This document shows, one piece after another, positions 1-12,100 of a stretch of DNA of 64,000 bases. Made by a program: the position numbers and the translations under genes. Below the pieces are notes generated by a model. The model was not told where the DNA came from. It did not search any database and was given only the letters and a program-made list of their open reading frames with translations. Within the stretch, counting starts at the first letter, position 1; each line of letters opens with the position of its first letter. Origin of the DNA: Takakia lepidozioides (Eukaryota > Plantae > Bryophyta); the NCBI GenBank assembly GCA_030704615.1, contig CM060731.1, positions 58,342,001 to 58,406,000 of the forward strand, given 5' to 3'.

Positions 1-534
1 CCGTCGAGACATTGGCTATTCAGAGCCACCCCGACTCTTCCGCTCATAACACTTCCTATTTCTTGTTCTTGTTTCTTGGAGGGAACCACCTGCATGTAAT
101 TTGCTCTCCTGATTGGCTGTGGCCTACTTAGATAATTTCTTAATTCCACCCCCCTCCGTGGACATTCCCACCTGGAATGTCCAGTAGGACAGCACATGTG
201 ACATAGGTCCCTCTTTTCTGTACTCGGAAAGGGTTCCGTTACCCTTACTCTAAATGCATTAATGGGCCCACAATTAGTATTAGCTGCTGTACCGGGTAGG
301 TACTTTGACGGCCCTATTTGTCCTCTTGCATGATGAAACCCTTTTTTGCAATCGATTTAGTGCGGTGTGCTTTGCCTTAGTGGCCACATGTCTGTTTCTA
401 GACACGCCCCCGACTTCCCCGCTCCGCATGGCATATTCTCCAAGTTTGACTTCCAAACTTCTTCTTCACTTTGATGGCCACTTTTTTGACGTTGACCCGC
501 GTCCACCTGTCACTGACCCTATGGTCTGTGTAAC

Positions 535-650
535 CTGCATGGGCTGTGTTGGGCTAAAACAGGCTGTGTGGCACTGTGATGGGCTGTGATAGGCTGTGTG
601 ACACTGTGATGGGCTGTGTCACGCTGTGATGGGCCGTGATGGGTTGTGAT
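535..650. repeat. GGGCTGTG(A/T)-type short tandem repeat downstream of G1 integrase
   Basis: Repeated gggctgtg/actgtgat units; the same motif family forms arrays inside both LTRs (32206-32370, 40895-41220). Confidence 0.8.
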
Positions 651-1000
651 AGCTATGCGAACACCTGTACTTTCTGCCCTGGTCATATACGCTTGGCTTA
701 GCGACAAGTGCTCCATACTCTGTTGGTATCACTGGCGCAGCCCGTGACTGTTTTTGCGTTTCAACATGCAAATCGTGCTGCAATGGTTTGTCATGGATAC
801 CACTGTACCCCTTCAACTTATTGGCATTGACTCTTCCCAGCATTTCTTTGTTAATGGTTTGTAACATGGCGGTGTTATTATCATACATCTTCTGTATGAC
901 ATAAGGTCCTTTCCATGGTGATTTAAGCTTAGAAGCTTTAATTTTCCCCTTCTTCTGCAACCACAGAACCAAATCTCCCGTCTTAAAAGTCTTTAATTTA
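619..1000 (-). pseudogene. G1 integrase C-terminal part (GPY/F region), separated from the core by element A
   Basis: FKTGDLVLWL...KLKSPWKGPY...RVNANKLK motif; in frame with 14813+ after removing the insertion. Confidence 0.9.
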
Positions 1001-1066
1001 GAGGTTTACTATTTCATGAGCGCATGAGCCCATGAGCCTATGAGCCTATGAGCTCATGAGCGGGCA
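1001..1066 (+). repeat. Left terminal inverted repeat / CATGAG subterminal repeats of element A
   Basis: GAGGTTTACTATTTCATGAGCGCATGAGCCCATGAGCCTATGAG..., mirrored at 14740-14812. Confidence 0.85.
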
Positions 1067-1099
1067 TCCGCGGAATTGGAATTTTCCTGCCTTTATTGA

Positions 1100-1445
1100 C
1101 GGTGTTATGTCCTCTTACCTCGGTAATAGGGTCTGTTTCTCCTGGTCCAGGATGCGGAATGAGGAATTTCGGCGCCGTTATTCCCAAGAGCAGTGTGCTG
1201 AAATGGTGTTTTGAAGACATCCACCGGGGTATTTCGGCACCGAAATTACCTCTTAAAATGTGATATAGTGCGGTATTTAAAGGCGCAGAACGGGCAATTT
1301 CGGCGCCGAAATACCCAAGTGGAATGTGGTGAAGTGCCTTGTGCTGAAGGCTTCCATCGCAATATTTTGGTGCAGTAATTCATCCGTGGAATTTTTGAGG
1401 CCCATATAACGAAGGCGCAAACTAGGCTATTTCGGCGCCAAATTT
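1100..1445. repeat. ATTTCGGCGCCGAAAT palindrome cluster near left end of element A
   Basis: Copies at ~1107, 1231, 1297, 1364 (degenerate), 1429. Confidence 0.85.
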
Positions 1446-1691
1446 CCCAATAGGAATGTTAAAAACGGCAGGGTTTTCATGGCTTCAAGTTCCCGGCTCG
1501 ATGGTGTGCATAAATTACTTGTAGGGTTCTTCACTGAAGTTTGCGTCTCTTCTGCTTTTATTATAGATTTTGGTTGGCGGAAGAAATGTAGGGAATGGAC
1601 AAGCAGTCTGAACACAATGATTTTTCAAATCGTCAATATTTTCATTAAGTGTTTCAGAACTGTACAACAAAAGGATCCAAATGAGACTTTG

Positions 1692-2437
1692 CTATGGTGA
1701 GGATCCGCTATCACTGTCCGATGCATCCCCGCCCTCATGCAAGGATGGCTGCCTTCCACCTGCCTCCGAACCTGCACTGCCGCTACCGCTGTTACTCTGA
1801 GAAGCCCTCCCCTCAAAAATACCATCCTCACCAGCCGGAACTGTCCACCTGGGTGCGGAAGTGTCCTCGACATTCCCCTCGCTCTCGGACGCGGATTCTA
1901 TTACGAACTTCCCTACTCTGCCTTTCACAATTCTATGTTTGGCCTCACGCCTCATTATAATTCTCTGCTCATTCCCGTATGTCAATTGCTCTAACCGAGT
2001 AGGCCTATCCTCCCTCCTGATGGCTTCTTTGGCAGCCGTGTCTGCATAGGCTGGTAGAAAAAAGGGCTTCTGGGGACTCGCGAGAAACGATTTTCTGGCA
2101 AAGAATGGCCGATGCGATTCTGTCTCCTCCTCTGCAACAGGGTCCGATTCGAGCAAGTCTCCCAGCTTCTCCTCGTCGGACGACTCTGCAAGGCTGAGTG
2201 TACGCACAAACATAGAATGAAGTACATTAGAGAATTCAAACAGGGAATCATCGGCAGGTTGCATGGTCCCTACAACCGAAACCAATACACTTACTATGGT
2301 GCAACTCACTCGAAGACAGGCATTGGGGGAAGCGGCTTCGGGCGCCCCTGCATCGAACGAATTTCCCGGACTTCCTCCTCTTCATCTTCCTCCTCTCCTT
2401 CCACGTCCTCTTGCTTACTCTTGTTTACTCCGTATTT
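1692..2437 (-). pseudogene. Terminal exons of element A ParB-MTase gene (original orientation)
   Basis: KSFLASPQKPFFLPAYADTAAKEAI aligns with YDSLPQSPLSSFYLPSYAESQALHSI in the last exon of element B (30743-31006). GTGAGT donor near 2309. Exact acceptor not resolved. Confidence 0.65.
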
Positions 2438-2525
2438 CGGTGCCAAAATACCTTGTGCATTGACAACTTCCACTTGCATGATGCATCGGTAGAATGATTT
2501 TTGTTGAACTGCCTCGTGATTGCAG

Positions 2526-4313
2526 GTACATAAACTTTGCACTCATTCCGTCCGGAGCCATTCAAAGGGTTCCACCATTCTTCCTGGCGTGGAGGACACC
2601 TGGAGGTCGTGGAACGATGTACACAGAAGTAATGGCGAATGAGTGGCATGCCGAGCATTTGGTAGACTGCCCCTGGTATGTGGATCTCCCAAGTGGGACC
2701 GTTGACCTCTCGGAGGTTAACTTGAAGAAGGAAGCGAATGCCAGGGCTGTGAAGGCGCAATCGGATCCCCAACCAGAGGACGCGGAAAGACTGAAAGCAG
2801 AGGAGGCAGCCAAGTAGAAAGCACTGAGAAAGTCAGCCAAGGCGGCAGCGTTGGCGAAGGAGCAGATGGAGAAGCAGGCAGCTGAGCAGCCCAAGGACAA
2901 GAAGAAAAGAACGCGCAAACAGGGGCAAGAGACGAAGACCCCCACACCCAAGAAGAAGAAGCAGCAACACAGTCAGCCAGATGAGGAGGATTCCGACGAC
3001 GATTTCCAGCAGGAAAACACCCAGGGGGCCACACCTCGTCCGAAAATTCACAAGGGCCAGCGCTCCGGGGGGTCGGCTGCAAAGAGATCACTATACGAGG
3101 ATGCACCTGGCAGACCCTACCGTGCGGTGCACATTGCGGGCAGGGAAGTCCTCAAAACACCCACAATTGTGGAGTGTGTTAATGAAAATTTCCTAACTGC
3201 TCTGACCAGAAGGCTGGAGATAACGAGATTGAGGAAGGCGATCGAGGCCCACCAGGGGAAGGGGAAGAGGAAGGCCACTGGCAATGATATGGAGGACACT
3301 CCTGGCTACACAAAGATGATGGAGTATTTTGTGGCGATGAGCCACGGCAAAAAGAGCACAGTCGGGGGCAGGGCGGTGAAAGCCTCCATCGACATGATCC
3401 TTGTGGATATCCCGGATGGGCAAGAGATACTGGGGCTGGGCTCAGTTCCCTGGTGGAACAAGTACGACGAAAGATACTGGAGCCACACATTCGGTTCGCA
3501 GCCAACATGTTGGACGACGTTGGCTGTGTTGTTGTGCTAGCAGCCGATGGAGAAGTCACTGAGAATGATATCAAAGTATGGACGGGGAGAAGTGCAGCAC
3601 CCATCCTGAAACAGATCTGGACTTGCATCAACACGCAGGGTCTTCTCAACGATGGCCAGAAGGTATGCTGTGGTTCTCCTCTGCTATGTCAATTTCTGCG
3701 CCGAAATTGCCCCTGTACGTGTAGGCCACCTCTGACGTTTTCATTTCCTTCTCTGCAGACTCTTATCTTTCAGGCATTTTGCTTCGTGAAGGAACATTCA
3801 AAATTCAAATTACGTGAAGCAGGAAGACTTGTTGATTCCACAGTTGATCCACTGGAGTATAACGTCCTGTTCAACCATGTGGGAGAGAAGGACATTCTTT
3901 GTGATTTGTCGGGCAAGCCATGGAGGTATGGCAGGACCAGGAGTCCTGCATTCATCCAGACGCTCATGGAAACGTGTACGGATGTTGAAGGCAGGGTCCT
4001 TGACGTCACTGCAAATACAGGTGAGAACGTTAATTGAATGCGGCACCGAAATTGACACCATTTCCGTTTCTGTACGTTTGCTTGTGCGAGGAAGCGACTC
4101 ATTCTTGAGTTTGGCTGTGGTTGTGTCGTATGAATTCGCAGGTGCCTGTATGTGGGCGGGAAGGATGTCGAACCGATTTGTGTTCTCATTTGAGGGGGAT
4201 ACGGCCTTGTACGATTACAATTTGGCGGGCCTTCAGCGTCTGCCTCCGACTGAGGATCCCAAAAAGACCGTGCCCCAATTACCCAGAACTCACATCTTGC
4301 AGAGGTATATTTC
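2526..4313 (+). pseudogene. Beta-class N4C/N6A DNA methyltransferase-like exons of element A (on inverted segment)
   Basis: Motif IV-like IDMILVDIPDG precedes RSPAFIQTLMETCT...RVLDVTANTG|ACMWAGRMSNRFVFSFEGD (motif X-I-II-like). Introns at ~3663-3758 and ~4021-4141. In-frame TAG at 2815-2817 and frameshift near 3488. Homologous to 28835-30624. Confidence 0.75.
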
Positions 4314-4388
4314 GGCACCGCAATATCCATCGCTGCTTAACCAAATCATCTAAACTGCAAATAGGGGGATGCATTGTCAGCAGATTAC

Positions 4389-6600
4389 CTGAACAGGACA
4401 CGCATTGCCGCTTTGTCAGCACCCTCCTGCTCTTCGATGTATACGCTGCGTCTTGCCTTTGCAATTTCTCTGAAAAAGAGGTTTGCGAAGCGCCCTCGCC
4501 GCGACTGCACGTAGTTCTCCATTGTCTCAGGCTTCGTCCAGTCGATCTGTAACTTGAAAGTGGTGGTGTTGCAGTCCAATTGCTCCTGGGCGTGGGTCAG
4601 TACGTGCATCATGGCAGGTTTCCAAAACATTCATGATTTTGAAATTGCGACGATGTCCAACACAGAATAGGAGAAAATTATACCTGATGCCACCAAGTCA
4701 TGACATTGAGCCAGTCGTTCATTTTGTCGTCTGTTGGCTCGATGGGAAAGTGGTACAACAGCTTCGTGTTTGTATGGCCGTTCCAGATTCGCAGCCACCT
4801 CGTCTGCAGCCACCTCACATCGGTCAGACAAGAACTCCAACATAAGAATCGCGAGAAGTCACAAAACAAGAATAAACACATGCTTACCTTCTCCGCCGGC
4901 TCAACACAGGACACTGCGATGTGATGAAGTTTCTCCATAGACATTTCCGGTTTCATGGGTCTGGAGTAATGCAGTCCTATCTCCGCCAGGAACTCGGCAC
5001 CAAGACCAGGGTCAGCGATTGCAACTTGCTTAACAAGTTTGGACCTGTACTTGGTCCGGGATTGCTTCCCTGCCTGCACAATATGACTCTCTATCGACGC
5101 GTCCGCCTTGTTGGGGGCATCATTCTCAAAGAACTGCCTTTTGGCATAAGCCAGTCATCCCTGATGTTCATCTGCATTCCCATACCCAGCAGATACAGTC
5201 AGGCCACGGATCCCTGCAACAAATAACATTAAATTGATACTGAAATTTGAGATGAACCTCACCGAATAGAGGATCTCCACCATGGCGTCCAGTGTTGGTC
5301 GGTACCAGGTGCGATCTGCTTTCACTAGGGACTTCCTGTACAGCTCGGGATCGAGGGACTTTTGGAAGTCTGTCAGCGGAGCTGTCCCCACTTCTTGCAC
5401 TCTGTAGAGCGTATGTGCCAGATGAGTTTCCACGAAGGCCCTCTCTGTTACCCTGCCATGGAGAAAAAAAACAACATGAAAATATGATTTCAGCACAGCA
5501 ATCCAATTTCCAGTTCATAGAGTGCATGACAGTGGTGAACATTGCCTATTTCGGCGCCGCAATAGGCAGTACACAAGGATGTAATTGTATACTTACAGAT
5601 TTATATCCGCCATGGCACCTTTCAATAGTCCTCTGTCCCTGACGTCCACCTTCACGACAATGCAGTCCACCATGTAATGCCAACTGATATCTTGCGGATG
5701 CATTTCAGCAATGTACTCTGTCCAGGCAAGCATCCTATGGTTCCCGTCCCAAACAAAGAACATCTTCCCTTCCATGTGTGCGAATGTGGGATTAGTCTTC
5801 AGATAGGCTTCAAACTCGACATTAACAGTGTGCCAGTGGGGGCCCCAATTCTGAAGCTCCTCTGCAGTGGGGCCCCTTGTGACACCCTGGTCATTCTCAA
5901 TGGAAACGTAGAATGCTGCCGACCCCCGTCTGTACCCTTCTCTGAAGTTGTGCTTCAGTCGATCGATATCCCCTGGCAGTGCTTGCCTTACAACTGGAAG
6001 GCTTACCATGCGACACAAAGGAACTTTGAGGTTCTCCGGATACACCATGGAGCCCAAAACGCGGCCTATGTTGCTATGAGTCTCTGCCAGCAACCTGTTT
6101 GCTGCTATGTTCATGTCTCGTGCGCTCATGAGCATACCCGCCACCAGTTTCTTACTTGTATCACCTCTGTCACTTCCCTCACCCCTCTCACCAGCCTGTG
6201 TACTGTCCTGGAGGTTTTGCTCCTCCGCAAGCTCCAGCAGGTTCTGATCGTCGCCAAGTCGTACCACGTTATCGTCCTCTCCTTCTGTCAGTTGAATGGG
6301 CCGCCCTTCTACAGATCCGACTCCCACATCTCCAGCGGCCTCCACCGCATCTGTGTTTTCTGAAATTGACTGCAAACCCGCTTCCAGTCTCCCTAGGGGT
6401 TTTACTAGCGAAGCCATGGGCTCCTTCTGCTTTCTCGGCTTCCGAACTCTAGGTGGGCTTTTCGGAGGCGATATCTGAGGTGTTGAATGAGGACTCGTCT
6501 GCCTCGATGCACTTCCACCTTGTGAGCGCAGCACCCGGGCAGGAGTATCCAAAGTTGACTGTGTTGCCTCGCCCCCCTGCGATCCCTCCCCAGCTCCCAT
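4389..6600 (-). pseudogene. ParB/Srx-like domain exon (5597-~6600) and middle exons of element A accessory gene
   Basis: KVPLCRMV..VVRQAL...KMFFVWDGNHRMLAW. GT donors at 5596, 5262 and 4388; AG acceptor before 5452. Homolog at 27945-28557. In-frame TGA at 5155-5157. Confidence 0.75.
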
Positions 6601-7099
6601 GTCAAACAAACAGGAAAACATGAGACACTGCACGCCAAAAAAAGGTGTAAAAGGAATATTGCGTATGGAGTGCTTCACATCCGCGAAGCACGAATCTCTC
6701 ACTGGTGGGCGATCCGAGTCTCCGGATAACGAGGTCTGCATTTCATGCATGAGACGGAGCTTAAGTCGTGTCGTCGGCGGCTTCCCAAAATCCCGCGTCC
6801 TCCTCTTTGCCGGAGTCGCCTGACCTTCCACAAACTCTATGCTACCACTATGCCGCATAAGGAGAGGAAACGCAGGAGAACGTCACTGCAGAAGGGCAAG
6901 GAGCGAGAGAGCGAAGCGGTGGAACATGCAACCACTATGCACGAGCAGATGCGTAAGCAGCCACGTCTCCCGAAGCGTTGCCACCGTCCAACACTTTTTG
7001 CCGTATGGGTGATGAAGAGATTGTGACCCCTGACATGTTCGCAGGGATGAAGTCGACTGGAACACGACGCGTGCCAGTTCCAGCCACCAGTACAAGACG

Positions 7100-8990
7100 G
7101 TTTATCCGAATTGCGGCACCGAAATACCTTCCGTACACCGGATGTTGTTCCCGGAGCAGCCGGCATTGAATGAAATATCCGCACATCATGAAACCCAACC
7201 GCCAAGAAAATCCCCTGCCTATGACATTCAACAGTCAGATCGGTACGTTTCAACAGCGGACGGATGAATTTCGGCGCCGAAATTCATCCTATTCAAGTGC
7301 TTTCATACGCAAACTTACGAATTTCGGCGCCGCAATTCATCGCTTCCGAAGTCCTCATCCGTCATGAGCAAACCTGTCAGTGGGATATCGGAGCCGGAAT
7401 TAATTCCGGGACAGTGAAAACGGTTGCACTTGGGCACATTTCATCCATATTTCGGCGCCGAAATTCATTACGAATATCTCCGTCCGCGCGTAGACGAGGT
7501 GAAATCATCATTATTTCGGCGCCGAAATTCATCTAGAGCGAAGACTAAATTGGCACCATGCTACGCTTTGCCGCCATCATTGCCCTTGACGGATGCTGTC
7601 CATGCCTGTTGGACTTGCCATTTGTGGACATTTAACTATAATTTCGGCGCCGAAATTATACTTTATGTGCGGCAACGTCCCGTGCGAAAAAGACCACTTA
7701 ATGGATACTGTCGGTTTCAAATGAAAAAAAATGGCTAAAATGCAATTAATTTTGACAGAAGTGGTTTAATATGCCGATTTCTCCATTAAATGCAGAATAT
7801 TCCTGTTATATTCGTCGGAACGGGGTATTTCCAACGATTTACGGAAAATTATCATCCAAAAGCAAAAAGTAAGTGCCGGGTTTGGACGAATTTCGGCGCC
7901 GAAATTCATCCGTCGCATAGAAAATGTAATATTAGAGTTACTCATTGCGGACAGTAAGGATGAATTTCGGCGCCGAAATTGATCCATTTCAAAGAAAAAT
8001 AAATATTGGAGGGAGGGCATTGGATGAATTTCGGCGCCGAAATCCGGCGCTCAAACCCTGAAAAGAATTTGGAGGGATGAAGTCGGCTGAATTTCGGCGC
8101 CGAAATTCATTGCTCGCGAAGAAAAAAAAAATTTCGGGAGGACTTCGGATGAATTTCGGCGCCAAAATTCATTGCTCGCGAAGGAAAATAAAAAAATTCG
8201 GGAGGACTTCGGATGAATTTCGGCGCCGAAATTCAGTGCTCGCGAAGGAAAATAAAAAAATTCGGGAGGACTTCGGATGAATTTCGGCGCCGAAATTCAA
8301 TGCTCGCGAAGGAAAATAAAAAATTTCGGGAGGACTTGGAATGAATTTCGGCGCCGAAATTCAATGCTCGCGAAGAAAAAAAAAAACCGGGAGGATTTCG
8401 GTTGAATTTCAGCGCCGAAATTCATTGCTCGCGAAGAAAAAGGAAAATTAAAAGGGAGTACTTGGATGAGATTCGGCGCCAAAGTTCATCTGTCGCAAAG
8501 AAAAATAAAAACAGAAAGGACTTCCGATGAATTCTGGCACCGAAATCCATCCGCAGGGCAGCAGAATTAGGGTCGGAAAAGGAGATGAAGAATGAATTTC
8601 GGCGCCGAAATACATCCATTCTGCCGATTCAGGATTACTGTCATTCGGAAGTCGGCACCGATATCCGGACACGTGGTGAATCACGACTGTAATCAGGAAC
8701 ACATTCATCCGTATTTTGACATCTAAATTCAACCCATATGTGCAGATACAATTTAATGAAGAAGAAGTTCATCCGAATTTCGGCACCGAAATCCATCCGT
8801 TGGGTGCTTGGTCAGTTTAATGAGGTAAACAAATTACGATTTCTGTTGCCAGAATTCATCCCTTGGCTTCCAAAGCTGTTACATGACAGAGATGTTCATC
8901 CAGATTTCGGTGCCGAAATTCATGGGAAGGCCTGGTTTATTGTACCCCAAGTGGTTGTACATTACAATTCAGGCACCAAATATCCGATGT
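7100..8990. repeat. Main ATTTCGGCGCCGAAAT palindrome array between the divergent ParB-MTase and transposase genes, including a ~63-bp tandem repeat core (8020-8480)
   Basis: About 24 copies by eye. Perfect 28-bp palindrome GGATGAATTTCGGCGCCGAAATTCATCC at 7262-7289. Copy starts at 8091, 8153, 8217, 8281, 8345, 8406. Confidence 0.92.
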
Positions 8991-9171
8991 GAACTTGCTG
9001 TTTTCGTCCGTTTTTTTAACGTACGTTACACACCTTCATCTTTACGTGCACTGATCACCCATCCTGTTGGATACGGAATCCTCCAGAAAATCATTTGTGT
9101 TATTAGGTAGGACACACTCTTCTCATTGCAAGACTTCCTTGCGGAGCGTACCGAGAGGTCCCGTCTTCAAA

Positions 9172-12100
9172 ATGGACTCCCGTGTTTGGGTCAACGTGTA
9201 CTTCCATCCTGATTCTCTGAAAGCTAAAATACCCTGCGACCAAGGATTTGCGATTGTCACTGAGCAGTACTTGTGTGTGAAGTTCGGGCTCCGCCCTGGA
9301 ACGGTGTTTTTGGAAGAGGAGACGAATGATGCTTATGGAAAATTTCTGGAAAGTGCCGTCATTCTGCATGCAGATTTCGGAAAAGGCAAAGAGTGGCGGC
9401 TCCCAGCTTCTGAATCCATCCGGTACAGTGCCATTGGTGAAATCGTGCCTAAAGAGTTCCCACGCTGGAACTTGGTTGATCCTCCTTCCACAAGAGGGTC
9501 TGGCGTGCAAGATGTGAAGGATGTGGGCACCTCTTCACAAGCAGAGAAGCCCAAACATGTGAAAAGGGAAATCCAGGAAAACAGGGAAACAGTCGTCCAC
9601 GACTTATCCAGTGACGATGAAGACTGTATGGTCCTTCCATCGTATGTTTCGAAGTCGTCCGTCACTAGGAGTGTTCAGCATACACCGTCCGACTCAACTT
9701 CCGTCCGCTCAGTAATCGACATATTGCGGAGGATGAAGACAACGGGTTCCCGCTCCAGTGACCTTCTTAGGCTTGATTACGACAAAACTCCAATCCATTC
9801 TGTGGAAACTTTGCCTGATGTTGTGGATGGGAATGCTATCTACGAGTTCCCTCCAGTGCCGGCAGGCGCAGGCCCAGACGGCATGCTCGCAGGAATGAAC
9901 AGGAAACATGACGGCCACCCTTGGTGTGTCACCAAAACTTCATCGTCCAACCTGGGTGATGGAGTTCGAGTGAGATATGTATTGTGTGCTGGGCATCTTA
10001 AATGTTTCTCAAGCACATGTTACCATTACACTAGCAAAGGCACCACGAATGAGACTGACTGGATTGGCAATTCGTCGACCCCATTTTGGCCTCAAGGTAG
10101 AGTTCCTGCAGGGACGTTCAAGTGTGCCCATTGCAACGCAGCCCCTACGTGCATGGCAGTGTGCAACGCCAAGCAGTACTACGTCGGGACCGTCGGCCCA
10201 GCGTGCACCAGAGCATGCATTCACATCGGAAAGCATGAGCACCCCCTCGCCAGAGGCAATTGCAGAGTCGCTTTTCAACAAGCCCAGGATATTATCAAGG
10301 AGGAGGTGAGGTTGAGGCCGGGTGCAAAACCAAAGCAGATATAGCTCGCATCGGCACATAGGATTGCAATTGGCAGAATAATGTCGGAGGACAGAAGCAC
10401 AAGAGAGAAGCTGGGCGAGGGGGACATGAAGGACCTGCTGGAAGTTGTCTCCCATGTGTGTAGCCCCAATGTCAGGAACCACATTGTCAGCTGCAAGAAA
10501 CGAATCGGAAGAGGATCAGACATGCACTCCATCTTGGAAGTGAAGCGCACATGCGGCTACGACTTCATCCAAGGCAGCTTCTTTCCTGGTCAAGGCTCGG
10601 AGACGGACAGGTGCTTCATATTTAAGATGTCAACGTGCGGACCGGGGAGCGGCGTCGATTTGGTGAAGCGGATGACCAGTGGAGACCTTTCAAATTGTTG
10701 GGTCATGTTCGACCACATCCGGCGAATTACCAACCACGATTGGGTGACAATGGGGGCACATGTATACGACCCACATTGCAGAAAGTTGATGACCATTGCT
10801 ATCTGCGAAATGAAGGGAGAAGACACAGATTCGGAGTTGCATATGTGGCGCGGAATTAATGAGCAAATGGCGAGAGCCAAGTTGCCCCCTCCCGATTTTA
10901 GGGGCTTCATGGCTGACAATGCCCAGGCAAACTGGGCTGCAGTTAGGAGGGTATATGGGGACGACCCAAAGACTCCAATGGAAGGAAAGGAGAGATCTTG
11001 CGGGTTCCACTTCATGCAGAGTTTGACGCAAAACACGAAAAGGTTCGTGGCGTCACGCCACCGGCAGGATCATATCAGTATGTGCCTAGCGTGGAAAAAT
11101 GCGAATTCCATCGACGAGGCGGAGACCGAGTTTGCAACCATACGCGCCTGGTGGGTGTCTTCAGGGGCAGTGGATGTGAAAGATCAGCCAGAACTGCAAA
11201 CGTGGCTTGCGTGGTGGCATTATAGATTCCGCCAGTTTGGAGACTACATAAGACAGGTAACACATTTCTGTACTTGACAATTGTTCTGTTTTGTGCTTGG
11301 ACATTCTCCACAATCAGTGACATATCTAATTTCCTTCAACAGGACATGAGCTTGGAGGATGACACGGATATGCCGACGACGAACATGGCCGAATCGGTGC
11401 ACTCTTCCTGGCGTGCTTAGCACATCTCGTTGACATGTTGACAGCAACAACAGAAGATATTGTGAGGGCCATCATGCAACAATCTCATTACTACCAGTTT
11501 CTGGGAGGAAAGCAATGGGGTATCGGACCAGACAGGCAGGAGATGCTGATGAGGGCGGCGCATCGTTCGACCGATCCCAAAAAATGGACTGCTGCATTGC
11601 GGTAAACAATAAGGTCAACGCCGTTACACAGTCGGGGGAACTGCCTGGAGGGCGATGTCCGCAGCCGGCCGGTGAAGAGAAGAATTGAGGACATGCCCGG
11701 AGGGGATGGGGATTCATGGAGATCAGATATGAACATCCGCACTCAACCTCGGGGCGCAACGATGTTGCGTCCCACGCCTCCACGAAGCAGGACTCGTACC
11801 CCCTCTCCTGCAGCATCCATGGAATCGCTGCCAGACTCGGGACAACATGCCGAGGATGGGCATGTTGCTCCTGTTTTTGTTACCCAATACAACATTCCAA
11901 TCGTGGAGCGAGATGTGTCGGCCTCGCAGTGGAGAATTGCACGGACCCGTCCGACATTTCGTGGCAAATGTTGTGCTGTTCGTGTCGACACCAACCAGAG
12001 ATGCAATGAGATGATTCGGAGGAGCCCGCAGGGCGGTGTGCCTGCCCCTTGCTTCACAGGGAGATTTGTGTGCGCAAAGTTTGTGGAGGCCACACTGAAG

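Noticed and set aside
7260-8990. CRISPR-like array (palindromic ~26-bp repeat with ~38-bp spacers)
   Set aside because: Central spacers are near-identical tandem copies, the motif is scattered through introns and element ends, there are no cas genes, and the context is a plant transposon.
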